Of a DNA stretch of 35,787 nt, positions 1 to 7,453 are shown piece by piece (the first letter of the stretch is position 1; each line of letters opens with the position of its first letter). The stretch lies in assembly GCA_016928955.1 (NCBI GenBank), contig JAFGJV010000041.1, positions 1 through 35,787 on the forward strand, read 5' to 3'. The translations under genes were made by a program, and so were the position numbers. This DNA comes from Spirochaetales bacterium (lineage in GTDB: Bacteria > Spirochaetota > Spirochaetia > Treponematales > UBA12059). The notes under the pieces were generated by a model, which was not told the DNA's origin, did not search any database, and worked only from the letters and a program-made list of their open reading frames with translations.

Positions 1-86
1 ACATCTGAGCAGTGGCTCAACGGCAAACGGTATCTACCGGCTGAACAGACCCAATCGTAAATTTACAGAAAAGAGCTTGACCAATC
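1..86 (+). mobile_element. Right end of an IS256-family insertion sequence (transposase C-terminus plus ~26-bp terminal inverted repeat)
   Basis: Frame 1 reads TSEQWLNGKRYLPAEQTQS-stop (TAA 58-60), resembling the E-x-W-x-x-G-x-x-Y-L C-terminal motif of IS256 transposases. It is followed directly by ATTTACAGAAAAGAGCTTGACCAATC (61-86), an IS256-like IR whose inner part matches the IR at the other window end. Confidence 0.8.
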
Positions 87-90
87 TTTT

Positions 91-348
91 CCTTACTATC
101 TACAAGCAATTTTCCTTACTATCTACGATGGCTATCCTTACTATCTAAGAGGACCATTCTTACTATCTACGAGGACTATCCTTACTATCTGCTGATCAAA
201 TCCTTACTATCCGCCGCTCAAATCTTTACTATATAGTCACCGTAGATAGACTATCTAATCTGCTAAAGATAGACTATGTAATCCGTAAAAGATAGACTAT
301 CTAATATGGAAAAGATAGACTATGTAATTCGTGAAATATAGACCATAA
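91..348. repeat. In-phase degenerate tandem array, 12 units, 22-23 bp period, common core ACTAT(C/G)T
   Basis: Seven CCTTACTATCT-like units start at 91, 114, 136, 158, 180, 202 and 224. Five AGATAGACTAT(C/G)TAAT-like units start at 244, 267, 290, 313 and 336. Confidence 0.95.
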
Positions 349-430
349 GCCCTCCCTTGAACGTCTCTGGTTAGCTTTATCGTTTTTTACTTTAGCCCGT
401 GCGATACACCGACATGTCCCAACAGACGCG

Positions 431-568
431 CTCTGTGTCTCTGTAGTTAGCCTTTTGTAAGGGTCCGTTGGACACGGGGGGATACCCCGGGATTTCCACT
501 GGCGTTGTTCTCTGTGTATCTGTGGTTAGCTCTACAGTTCTGGTCCTTCGGACACGGGGGGATACCCC
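431..568. repeat. Tandem direct duplication with ~79-80 bp period (two conserved blocks separated by a variable segment)
   Basis: CTCTGTGT(C/A)TCTGT(A/G)GTTAGC at 431-451 and 510-530 (19/21). GGACACGGGGGGATACCCC at 470-488 and 550-568 (19/19). A partial third copy GTCTCTGGTTAGC lies at 363-375. Confidence 0.9.
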
Positions 569-579
569 CCTGTACCCCC

Positions 580-636
580 TGCGCCGCTACGTGTCTCGCG
601 GCGCACCTGCGGTCCTACGAGTCTCGGACCGCAGGT
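580..636. other. Twin GC-rich hairpins with near-identical 10-nt loops
   Basis: TGCGCCGC-TACGTGTCTC-GCGGCGCA (580-605) and ACCTGCGGTCC-TACGAGTCTC-GGACCGCAGGT (605-636), followed by TTTGACTTTT. Confidence 0.85.
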
Positions 637-715
637 TTTGACTTTTCCTGTCACCGCGCTATGCTTCTGTCCGGGCATGCGCCTGGCGTTGCCTATTTCT
701 TTAGGGGAGGATTCA

Positions 716-1465
716 ATGAGAAAAGTGCTCGTGCTCGCAATTCTTGTCCTTGCCGCCGCGCCCGCGGCCTTGTTAGCCCAGGACGCCGACCTGTTCGACG
801 CCGGTTCCTGGGAGTTCGGCGGTAGCTTCATGTACACATACATGCCCACCCAGCCGATCTTTTCTGACCAGGTCAGCGAGCTGGACAAAAAGGACGGCTA
901 CCATTTTTTGGAGATCAACGGACGCGTCGGCATCTTTCCTGTTGATCGCCTTTCTATAAACATAAGCCCTGCTTTTACCTTGCTTTACCGTGAAAATTCC
1001 GAGCCTACCGGAGACGACAAAAGCACAACCGCCCTGATAGATATTGGAGCCGGCGCTATGTACTATATACCCCTAGGCGGTCCATCCGTTATGTCCGTGG
1101 GCGCTGGCTTTTCCGTGGGGTTTATGCCTGGCATAGATGGTCTGTCGGATGGCCTGGATGATCCGGATGACAGTTTTGCCATGAGTTTTTCTCTTGAGCC
1201 GCTGGTCTCATACTATCTGTTCGTCAGCGACCGGCTCGCGCCTTACGCGGAGCTTGGCTTCAGGCTGGGCTATATCTGGGAAATTCTGAATCAGGACGGC
1301 TCAGACGTAGCCTATCCTTCAGATTACTCTATTTTTGATGACGTGACAGGCCGCGTCCGCTTGACCATTGGACTGAAATATTTCCTGCTTCCTGGAAGCC
1401 GCTCCTACCAGGAGCAGGACTCTAGCGTATTCGACATCATCACTGACGGCCGACTGATCAACTGA
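716..1465 (+). CDS. Exported protein, probable outer-membrane beta-barrel (porin-family-like)
   Basis: GGAGG RBS then ATG at 716 (MRKVLVLAILVLAAAPAALLA-QDA signal peptide). Alternating aromatic/glycine beta-strand pattern (GSWEFGGSFMY, PYAELGFRLGY, LTIGLKYF). Codon usage is visibly more AT-rich than in neighbouring genes. Confidence 0.7.
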   Translation: MRKVLVLAILVLAAAPAALLAQDADLFDAGSWEFGGSFMYTYMPTQPIFSDQVSELDKKDGYHFLEINGRVGIFPVDRLSINISPAFTLLYRENSEPTGDDKSTTALIDIGAGAMYYIPLGGPSVMSVGAGFSVGFMPGIDGLSDGLDDPDDSFAMSFSLEPLVSYYLFVSDRLAPYAELGFRLGYIWEILNQDGSDVAYPSDYSIFDDVTGRVRLTIGLKYFLLPGSRSYQEQDSSVFDIITDGRLIN

Positions 1466-1514
1466 ACATGGGTCGCGCCGGGGACCCGTGGGGACGCCGG
1501 CGCGGCCTTGTCGC

Positions 1515-2354
1515 TTACATGAACAGGATCAGGCTCACGGCCATGACGGCCATGCCGGCAAAGAGGCCGCCTATGGCCAGGTGGTGCTCGCCGTATTCAC
1601 GGGCGGCTGGCAGGAGCTCGTCCACCGATATGTACACCATGATGCCAGCCACCGAGGCGAACAGCACGCCGAACACCACGTCGTTCACAAAGGGCTTGAG
1701 TATGGTGTAACCGATGAGCACGCCGGCGGGCTCCGCCAGGCCAGAGGCAAAGGAATACCAGAAAGCCTTGGCCCGCGAGTTGGTGGCGTAGAACACGGGC
1801 ACTGCCACGGATATGCCCTCAGGTATGTTGTGTATCGCGATGGCAAAGGCTATGGCCACGCCCAGGCTCGGTTCCTGGAGAGCCGCCAGGAAGGTGGCAA
1901 GGCCTTCCGGGAAATTATGAATGCCCACGGCCAGGGCCGTGAACATGCCCATGCGGAGAAGCCGCTTCTGGTCCTTGTGCCTGAGCGTGCCCGTGCCCGG
2001 CGGCACGGTCTCATGGGCTGCCACTTCTTCCTTGGTATGCGCCTCGTGAGGGTTGATGCTTTCCGGAATCAGCTTGTCAATGATGGCGATAACGGCCACG
2101 CCGCCAAAAAAACCGGCGACCGCTGCCCATGAGCCGCCACGCTCGCCAAAGGCTTCCATCAGGGGGATGCGGGCCTTCTGGAATATCTCCACCAGGGACA
2201 CATATATCATGACCCCGGCGGAGAAGCCCAGCGATATGGACAGAAAGCGCGCGGACGGCTTGCGCGTGGACAGGGCGATGACGCTGCCGATTCCCGTCGC
2301 CAGGCCGGCAAAAACCGTTAGCCCGAAGGCCGACAGCTCGTTGGCCGTGATCAT
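1515..2354 (-). CDS. zupT: ZIP-family zinc/divalent metal transporter
   Basis: AGLATGIG, GFSAGVMIYVS and two HN(F/I)PEG motifs; ends ISVDELLPAAREYGEHH. Confidence 0.95.
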   Translation of the reverse strand: MITANELSAFGLTVFAGLATGIGSVIALSTRKPSARFLSISLGFSAGVMIYVSLVEIFQKARIPLMEAFGERGGSWAAVAGFFGGVAVIAIIDKLIPESINPHEAHTKEEVAAHETVPPGTGTLRHKDQKRLLRMGMFTALAVGIHNFPEGLATFLAALQEPSLGVAIAFAIAIHNIPEGISVAVPVFYATNSRAKAFWYSFASGLAEPAGVLIGYTILKPFVNDVVFGVLFASVAGIMVYISVDELLPAAREYGEHHLAIGGLFAGMAVMAVSLILFM

Positions 2355-2366
2355 CGCCCGTACCCT

Positions 2367-3317
2367 TTAGCGCTTGCCCTGGTCGTATATCTCGCCGGCT
2401 GCCTTGGGACCCACGGTCTTGCCCGCGAACATGATCAGGGCGACTATGGTCAGCACGTAGGGCAGGATATAGAAGGCCTCGTTGGGCAGCCACGCCAGGA
2501 AGGATATGTCCTTGGCGTAATACGACAGGGTCTGGGCAAAGCCGAAGAACATGCCCGCGCCCAGGACGCCCCAGGGGCTCCACTTGCCGAATATGAGCGA
2601 CGCCAGGGCTATGAAGCCCGTGCCGTGGATGCTGGTCACCGTGTACTGGATGTCCTGGGTCAGCACCATGGCCGAGCCGGCCAGGCCGGCAAGGGCGCCC
2701 GATATCATGACGCCAGCGTAGCGCATCTTGTACACGTTGATGCCCATGGACGCGGCCGCCTGCGGGTGCTCGCCGCAGGCTCGGAGCCTGAGGCCAAATG
2801 GCGTCTTGAACACCACGAACCAGGTACCCAGCACCAGGAGTATCATAACGAAGAACGTGGGATAGATGTCCTCAAAGAATATCTGCCCAAGCACGGGTAT
2901 GTCCCGCAGCCCTTCGATGCTCATTTTACGGAGGCCCGCGCTGAAGGTGCGCGTGCGCTGCTGGTTGAAGAATATCTGCGCCAGGTACACGGTCAGGCCG
3001 GTGGCCAGGATATTGAGCGCCGTGCCCGACACCACCTGGTCGGCCTTGAAGTTTATGCTGGCCACGGCGTGCAGGAGCGAGAACAGCACGCCCGCCGCCA
3101 TGCCCACAAAGAGGCCAATCCACGGCGCCATGCCGGGCATGACCGGCTCAAGCACCACGGTCAGCGCGGCGCCGGCAAAACCGCCAACCATCATGATGCC
3201 CTCAAGGGCAATGTTCACGATGCCCGAGCGCTCGCTGAAGAGCCCGCCGAGCGCAGCCATGATGATGGGCGCCGCGAACATGAACGAAATGGGGAGCATG
3301 TCCAAAATGATGCTCAT
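2367..3317 (-). CDS. Nucleoside/simple-sugar ABC transporter permease (NupC/YufQ-like)
   Basis: LGGLFSERSGIVNIALEG, GLRLRACGEHPQAA and GFIALA motifs of BPD_transp_2. Confidence 0.92.
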   Translation of the reverse strand: MSIILDMLPISFMFAAPIIMAALGGLFSERSGIVNIALEGIMMVGGFAGAALTVVLEPVMPGMAPWIGLFVGMAAGVLFSLLHAVASINFKADQVVSGTALNILATGLTVYLAQIFFNQQRTRTFSAGLRKMSIEGLRDIPVLGQIFFEDIYPTFFVMILLVLGTWFVVFKTPFGLRLRACGEHPQAAASMGINVYKMRYAGVMISGALAGLAGSAMVLTQDIQYTVTSIHGTGFIALASLIFGKWSPWGVLGAGMFFGFAQTLSYYAKDISFLAWLPNEAFYILPYVLTIVALIMFAGKTVGPKAAGEIYDQGKR

Positions 3318-4549
3318 ACGCCGACCTCCCCGGTGTCTCCGCTGGCAAGCGCGGCCAGCTTGTCAGCCTTCCTGCCGCGCAGCAGGTCAATGATGCGCTC
3401 TATGCCGAGCTTCATGGCGACAAAGTAGACGATGGACGCCTGGATGATGCCGCCTATTTCCTTGGGTATGCCCGCCGACTGCATGAGGGTGCCGGCTGCC
3501 TTGAGCATGCCGAACAAAAGGCCGGCCAAAAGTATGCCGGGGGCCTGGTTCATGCCCACCAGCGCCACGGCTATGCCGTCAAAGCCGTAGCCTTCCGCGG
3601 CCGGAAGCACGCGGCCAAAGTTGAACGTGCCCGTGGTGATGATGGCGCCGGCAAGGCCTGCAAAGGCGCCTGCAATGACCATAGACATGACCACGTTGCG
3701 CTCCACCTTGAGGCCGGCGTAGCGGGCTCCTTCCTTGTTGAAGCCCACGGCCCTGAGGCCGTAGCCAAAGCTTGTCTTCTCCACCACGAACCAGTACACC
3801 ACCACCGACAGGATCACGGGGATGATACCCCAGTTCAGGCGCGACCCGTTGGTGATCTCCGACAGCCAGGGGTCCTTGAGCAGGGCCGTAACCGGGAACT
3901 CGGCCGTCTTGACGCGGTCCGCGGACCCCAGCACGTTCAGTATGGCCCAGTTGTTTATATGCAGGGCCGTGTAGTTGAGCATGATGGTGACGACTACTTC
4001 GTGCACGTTGAAGCGGGCCTTGAGCCAGCCGGGTATCGCGCCCCACAGGGCACCGGCTCCCGCGCCTGCCAGCAGCACCAGCGGCACGTGGATGACGGCG
4101 GGCGCTTTGACCGCGAGCGCCACCACGGTTGACGCCAGGGCGCCGACCATCAGCTGACCTTCCGCGCCAATGTTGAACAGGCCCGTTCTGAAGGCAAAGC
4201 CCACGGACAGGCCGGTCAGGATGATGGGCATGGACTGCAGGATGAACTCGCCTATGTAGCGCGGGTTGAACGAACCGGAGGCCAGGTTCAGGCCGGTCAC
4301 GCCTTGGATCATCGCCCTGAACATGATGAAGGGATTCTTCCCCGTGATCACGATGATGATGGCGCCAAGGACAAAGCCCAGGCCAACCGCCACCAGGGGA
4401 ACCAGGAACTTGCCTGTCTTCTTGGCCACGGGCAACTGCTCCGCCGCCACCGGATGGTCTCCGGCGCCCGCGTCGGACATGATGGCGTTCCGCGCGGTAT
4501 CGTCGCCCGGCAGGCTCTCCACGCCAGTCTTCTTCTTGCGTTCGGCCAT
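3314..4549 (-). CDS. Nucleoside/simple-sugar ABC transporter permease (NupB/YufP-like)
   Basis: FRTGLFNIGAEGQ, EVVVTIMLNY and GFDGIAVAL motifs; stop overlaps the next start codon. Confidence 0.92.
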   Translation of the reverse strand: MAERKKKTGVESLPGDDTARNAIMSDAGAGDHPVAAEQLPVAKKTGKFLVPLVAVGLGFVLGAIIIVITGKNPFIMFRAMIQGVTGLNLASGSFNPRYIGEFILQSMPIILTGLSVGFAFRTGLFNIGAEGQLMVGALASTVVALAVKAPAVIHVPLVLLAGAGAGALWGAIPGWLKARFNVHEVVVTIMLNYTALHINNWAILNVLGSADRVKTAEFPVTALLKDPWLSEITNGSRLNWGIIPVILSVVVYWFVVEKTSFGYGLRAVGFNKEGARYAGLKVERNVVMSMVIAGAFAGLAGAIITTGTFNFGRVLPAAEGYGFDGIAVALVGMNQAPGILLAGLLFGMLKAAGTLMQSAGIPKEIGGIIQASIVYFVAMKLGIERIIDLLRGRKADKLAALASGDTGEVGV

Positions 4550-4551
4550 GG

Positions 4552-6072
4552 TCAACCGGCCTTCCTGACGGAACCGGACATCATGAGGCCCAGCTCGTTC
4601 TCGTTGGTATTCTTGGCGTCAACAACGCCAACAATCTCGCCGCCGTATATCACGGCTATGCGGTCCGACACGTCCAGTATCTCGTCCAGCTCCAGGGACG
4701 CCAGCAGTATGGCCTTGCCCTTGTCGCGCTCGGCCACCAGTCGCTTGTGTATGTACTCTATGGCGCCCACGTCCAGGCCGCGGGTCGGCTGGGCCACCAC
4801 GAAGGCGTCCGGAGAACGGTCTATCTCCCGCGCCACGATGGCCTTCTGCTGGTTGCCGCCGGACATGGAGCGCGCAGGCGTGGCCGCGCCCTGGCCCGAG
4901 CGCACGTCGAACTCGTCTATCAGGCGGTCGGCGTTTTTCTTGATGGCCTCAAAGTCCAGGATGCCGTAGCGCGAGTACGGGGGTTTTCCGTAGGTATGGA
5001 TGACCAGGTTCTCGTCAAGGCGGAAATCCAGGATAAGGCCGTGGCGGTGCCGGTCCTCTGGGATATGGCCCAGGCCCCTGTCCAGGCGCTGGCGCACGGG
5101 CAGTTTGGTTATGTCCGTGCCGCGTATGGACACCGTGCCGGATTCTATGGGCGCAAGGCCGGTGAGCGCCTGTATCAGTTCCGTCTGGCCGTTGCCGTCT
5201 ATGCCGCACAGGCCCAGTATCTCGCCCTCGCGCACGTCCAGGGACAGGTTCTTGACCCCCATGAGGCCCTTGGCGTTCTTCACGCACAGGTCCTTGATGG
5301 ACAGGACCACGTCGCCCGGTTTTGCCGGTCCCTTGTCCACCTTGAAGTTGACCTCGCGGCCGACCATCATCTCGGCCATCTTGGCCTCGCTGGTGTCCGC
5401 CACGGGTACGGTCCCTATGAGCCTTCCGCGGCGGAGCACGGTGCAGGTGTCCGCCACTTCCTTGATTTCCTTGAGCTTGTGCGTGATGAGGAGTATGGTC
5501 TTGCCCTCGTTCACCAGGCGCCGCATGATGTCCATGAGCTCCCGGATTTCCTGGGGCGTGAGCACGGCGGTCGGCTCGTCAAAGATCAGGATTTCAGCGT
5601 CGCGGTAGAGCATCTTGAGGATCTCCACGCGCTGCTGCATGCCCACCGTGATGTCCTCTATCTTAGCGTTTGGGTCGACGTCCAGGCCGTACAGCTTTGA
5701 CAGCTGTGCCACCTTGGACCCGGCCATGGCCAGGTCCAGAAGGGGGCCGCGGGTCGGCTCCAATCCCAGGACTATGTTCTCAGTCACGGTAAAATTGTGG
5801 ACCAGCTTGAAATGCTGGTGGACCATGCCTATGCCCAGCGCGTTGGCCACGTTGGGATCGTGGACGGTAACAGCCTCACCGCGCACGCGGATGGTGCCGC
5901 CGTCCGGCTGGTACAGTCCGAAAAGGATGCTCATCAGCGTGGACTTGCCCGCGCCGTTCTCGCCAAGCAGGGCATGGATTGAGCCCTTTTCCACTTGGAG
6001 GGTCACCGCGTCGTTGGCGCGGATGCCAGGAAAGTCCTTGGTGATGTCGAGCATCTCGATGATATACGCCAT
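4552..6072 (-). CDS. Double-domain ABC ATPase of CUT2 nucleoside importer (NupA/YufO-like)
   Basis: Walker A GENGAGKST, GMVHQHF, LIFDEPT, SGGNQQK, QPTRGLDVGA. Start taken at MAYIIEM. Confidence 0.95.
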   Translation of the reverse strand: MAYIIEMLDITKDFPGIRANDAVTLQVEKGSIHALLGENGAGKSTLMSILFGLYQPDGGTIRVRGEAVTVHDPNVANALGIGMVHQHFKLVHNFTVTENIVLGLEPTRGPLLDLAMAGSKVAQLSKLYGLDVDPNAKIEDITVGMQQRVEILKMLYRDAEILIFDEPTAVLTPQEIRELMDIMRRLVNEGKTILLITHKLKEIKEVADTCTVLRRGRLIGTVPVADTSEAKMAEMMVGREVNFKVDKGPAKPGDVVLSIKDLCVKNAKGLMGVKNLSLDVREGEILGLCGIDGNGQTELIQALTGLAPIESGTVSIRGTDITKLPVRQRLDRGLGHIPEDRHRHGLILDFRLDENLVIHTYGKPPYSRYGILDFEAIKKNADRLIDEFDVRSGQGAATPARSMSGGNQQKAIVAREIDRSPDAFVVAQPTRGLDVGAIEYIHKRLVAERDKGKAILLASLELDEILDVSDRIAVIYGGEIVGVVDAKNTNENELGLMMSGSVRKAG

Positions 6073-6232
6073 CTCGAGCCCCCACATGAAAGTTGTACGT
6101 ATGATGCAAGCCGTTCCGGGCGCTAACGCCGCGAGCGGGAAGTATACAAGATTACACCGAAACGATAAATAATGGAAGATGCCGAATGTGCCGAGCCAGC
6201 GGTTCTGCGCCTGTTTTTACCTTCCGGAGATA

Positions 6233-6263
6233 CGAAGGGCCGCCCCATTGAGGCGGCCCTTCG
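6233..6263 (-). terminator. 12-bp stem-loop downstream of the BMP lipoprotein gene (terminator or mRNA-stabilising hairpin)
   Basis: CGAAGGGCCGCC / GGCGGCCCTTCG perfect inverted repeat; weak U-tail. Confidence 0.6.
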
Positions 6264-6280
6264 CGTTGTACCCAGCGTTC

Positions 6281-7321
6281 TTACTTGGCGGGGATTTCGG
6301 AAACGACCAGCTCGCCGGAGGCGATCTTCTGGGCGTACTCGTTGACCTGGCTGATGATGTCAGCGGACAGGTTGGGGTTGGAATCGGGGATGCCAACGCC
6401 GTTGTTCTTGAGGGAGAACACCATCACGGTGCCGCCGGGGAACTGGCCGTCCAGGGTCATCTGGGACACGGTCTCGGCAGCCACGTCGACGCGCTTCATC
6501 ATGGAGGTGAGCACGGCGGACTTGTCGCCATACTGACCGTCGGTGTACTGGTCCTTGTCAACGCCGATGGCCCAGCGGATGTCGCCCTTCTCGGAGCGTT
6601 CCTTGGCCTCTTTGATCATGCCGTTGCCGGTGCCGCCAGCGGCGTGGAAGATGATGTAGGCGCCGGCCTTGTACTGCTTCTGAGCCAGGGCCTGTCCCTT
6701 GTCGGGAGCGCCGAAATCGCCGGCGTAGTCAACCAGGATGGTGGCTTCGGGGTACACGGCCTTGACGCCCTGCTCGAAACCGGCCTGGAACTTCTCGATG
6801 AGCGGGAACTGCATGCCGCCGAGGAAGCCGAGGACGGACTTGCCGTCGGCCTTGGCCTGGAGGCCGGCAGCCACGCCGACGAGGAAGGAACCTTCGTGCT
6901 CGGCAAAGGTGGCGCTGACCACGTTGGGCTTCTGGACCACGGTGTCAATGATCATGAACTTCTGCTCGGGGAAGCTGTCGGCGACCTCGCCCATGGCCAT
7001 CTCGAAAAGGAAGCCGGGGGCGATGATCAGGTCGAGCTTCTCATCGGCGAACGCGCTGAGGTTCGGAACGTAATCGGCCTCGGCGCCAGACTGCAGGTAC
7101 TTGTAATCGGTGCCCTGGACCAGGTTGTGGGCTCCACCGAAGCGGACAATGCCTTCCCAGGTGCCCTGGTTGAACGACTTGTCGTCAATACCACCGATAT
7201 CGGTCACAAGGCCGACCTTGAACTCGGGCTTCTCAACGACGGGGGTGGCGTCCTTCTTGGCGCAGCCGGTGAAAACAAGGGCTACGGCGAGGAGGGCAAC
7301 GAGGATTGTGCGGTACTTCAT
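6281..7321 (-). CDS. BMP-family (PnrA/TmpC-like) nucleoside-binding lipoprotein
   Basis: Lipobox VFTG-C, TDIGGIDDKSFNQGTWEG, HAAGGTGNG, IGVDKDQ; RBS AAAGGAGAG before MKYRT. Confidence 0.95.
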   Translation of the reverse strand: MKYRTILVALLAVALVFTGCAKKDATPVVEKPEFKVGLVTDIGGIDDKSFNQGTWEGIVRFGGAHNLVQGTDYKYLQSGAEADYVPNLSAFADEKLDLIIAPGFLFEMAMGEVADSFPEQKFMIIDTVVQKPNVVSATFAEHEGSFLVGVAAGLQAKADGKSVLGFLGGMQFPLIEKFQAGFEQGVKAVYPEATILVDYAGDFGAPDKGQALAQKQYKAGAYIIFHAAGGTGNGMIKEAKERSEKGDIRWAIGVDKDQYTDGQYGDKSAVLTSMMKRVDVAAETVSQMTLDGQFPGGTVMVFSLKNNGVGIPDSNPNLSADIISQVNEYAQKIASGELVVSEIPAK

Positions 7322-7363
7322 GTTCCTCTCTCCTTTACATCCCATTTGGCGGGTAGTGGAACG

Positions 7364-7392
7364 ATAGTAAATCCGGTTTTAAAAATAAGCAA
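7364..7392 (-). promoter_or_regulatory. Sigma70-type promoter for the BMP/ABC genes
   Basis: Minus strand TTGCTT-17 nt-TACTAT in an AT-rich intergenic region. Confidence 0.6.
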
Positions 7393-7453
7393 GGGCCAAT
7401 TACGCCCAAAATGTTAAAAAAAGCTCGTGGAGCGGGGTTTGGTTGTAATAAAA

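Noticed and set aside
91..348. CRISPR array
   Set aside because: The period is only 22-23 bp, the variable parts are 7-12 nt and resemble one another (ACGATGGCTAT, AAGAGGACCAT, ACGAGGACTAT), and no cas genes are in the window.
321..357. Minus-strand GGGAGG RBS plus ATG reading into the array (MVYISRIT-stop)
   Set aside because: Only 8 codons, and the array period is not a multiple of 3; no support for translation.
363..640. Integron attC/attI cassette array
   Set aside because: GTTRRRY-like cores are present, but there is no matching upstream RYYYAAC with an attC-type fold, no cassette ORFs between them and no integrase visible.
6088..6230. Purine or nucleoside riboswitch ahead of the ABC ATPase
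   Set aside because: No recognisable purine-riboswitch core; only a -10-like TATACT and the upstream hairpin are seen.
6179..7417. 412-aa plus-strand ORF and similar long antisense ORFs (e.g. 30146-31453, 32053-33624, 22571-23686, 24773-25792)
   Set aside because: They overlap well-supported genes on the opposite strand or in another frame and have the low-complexity composition typical of shadow ORFs in high-GC DNA.
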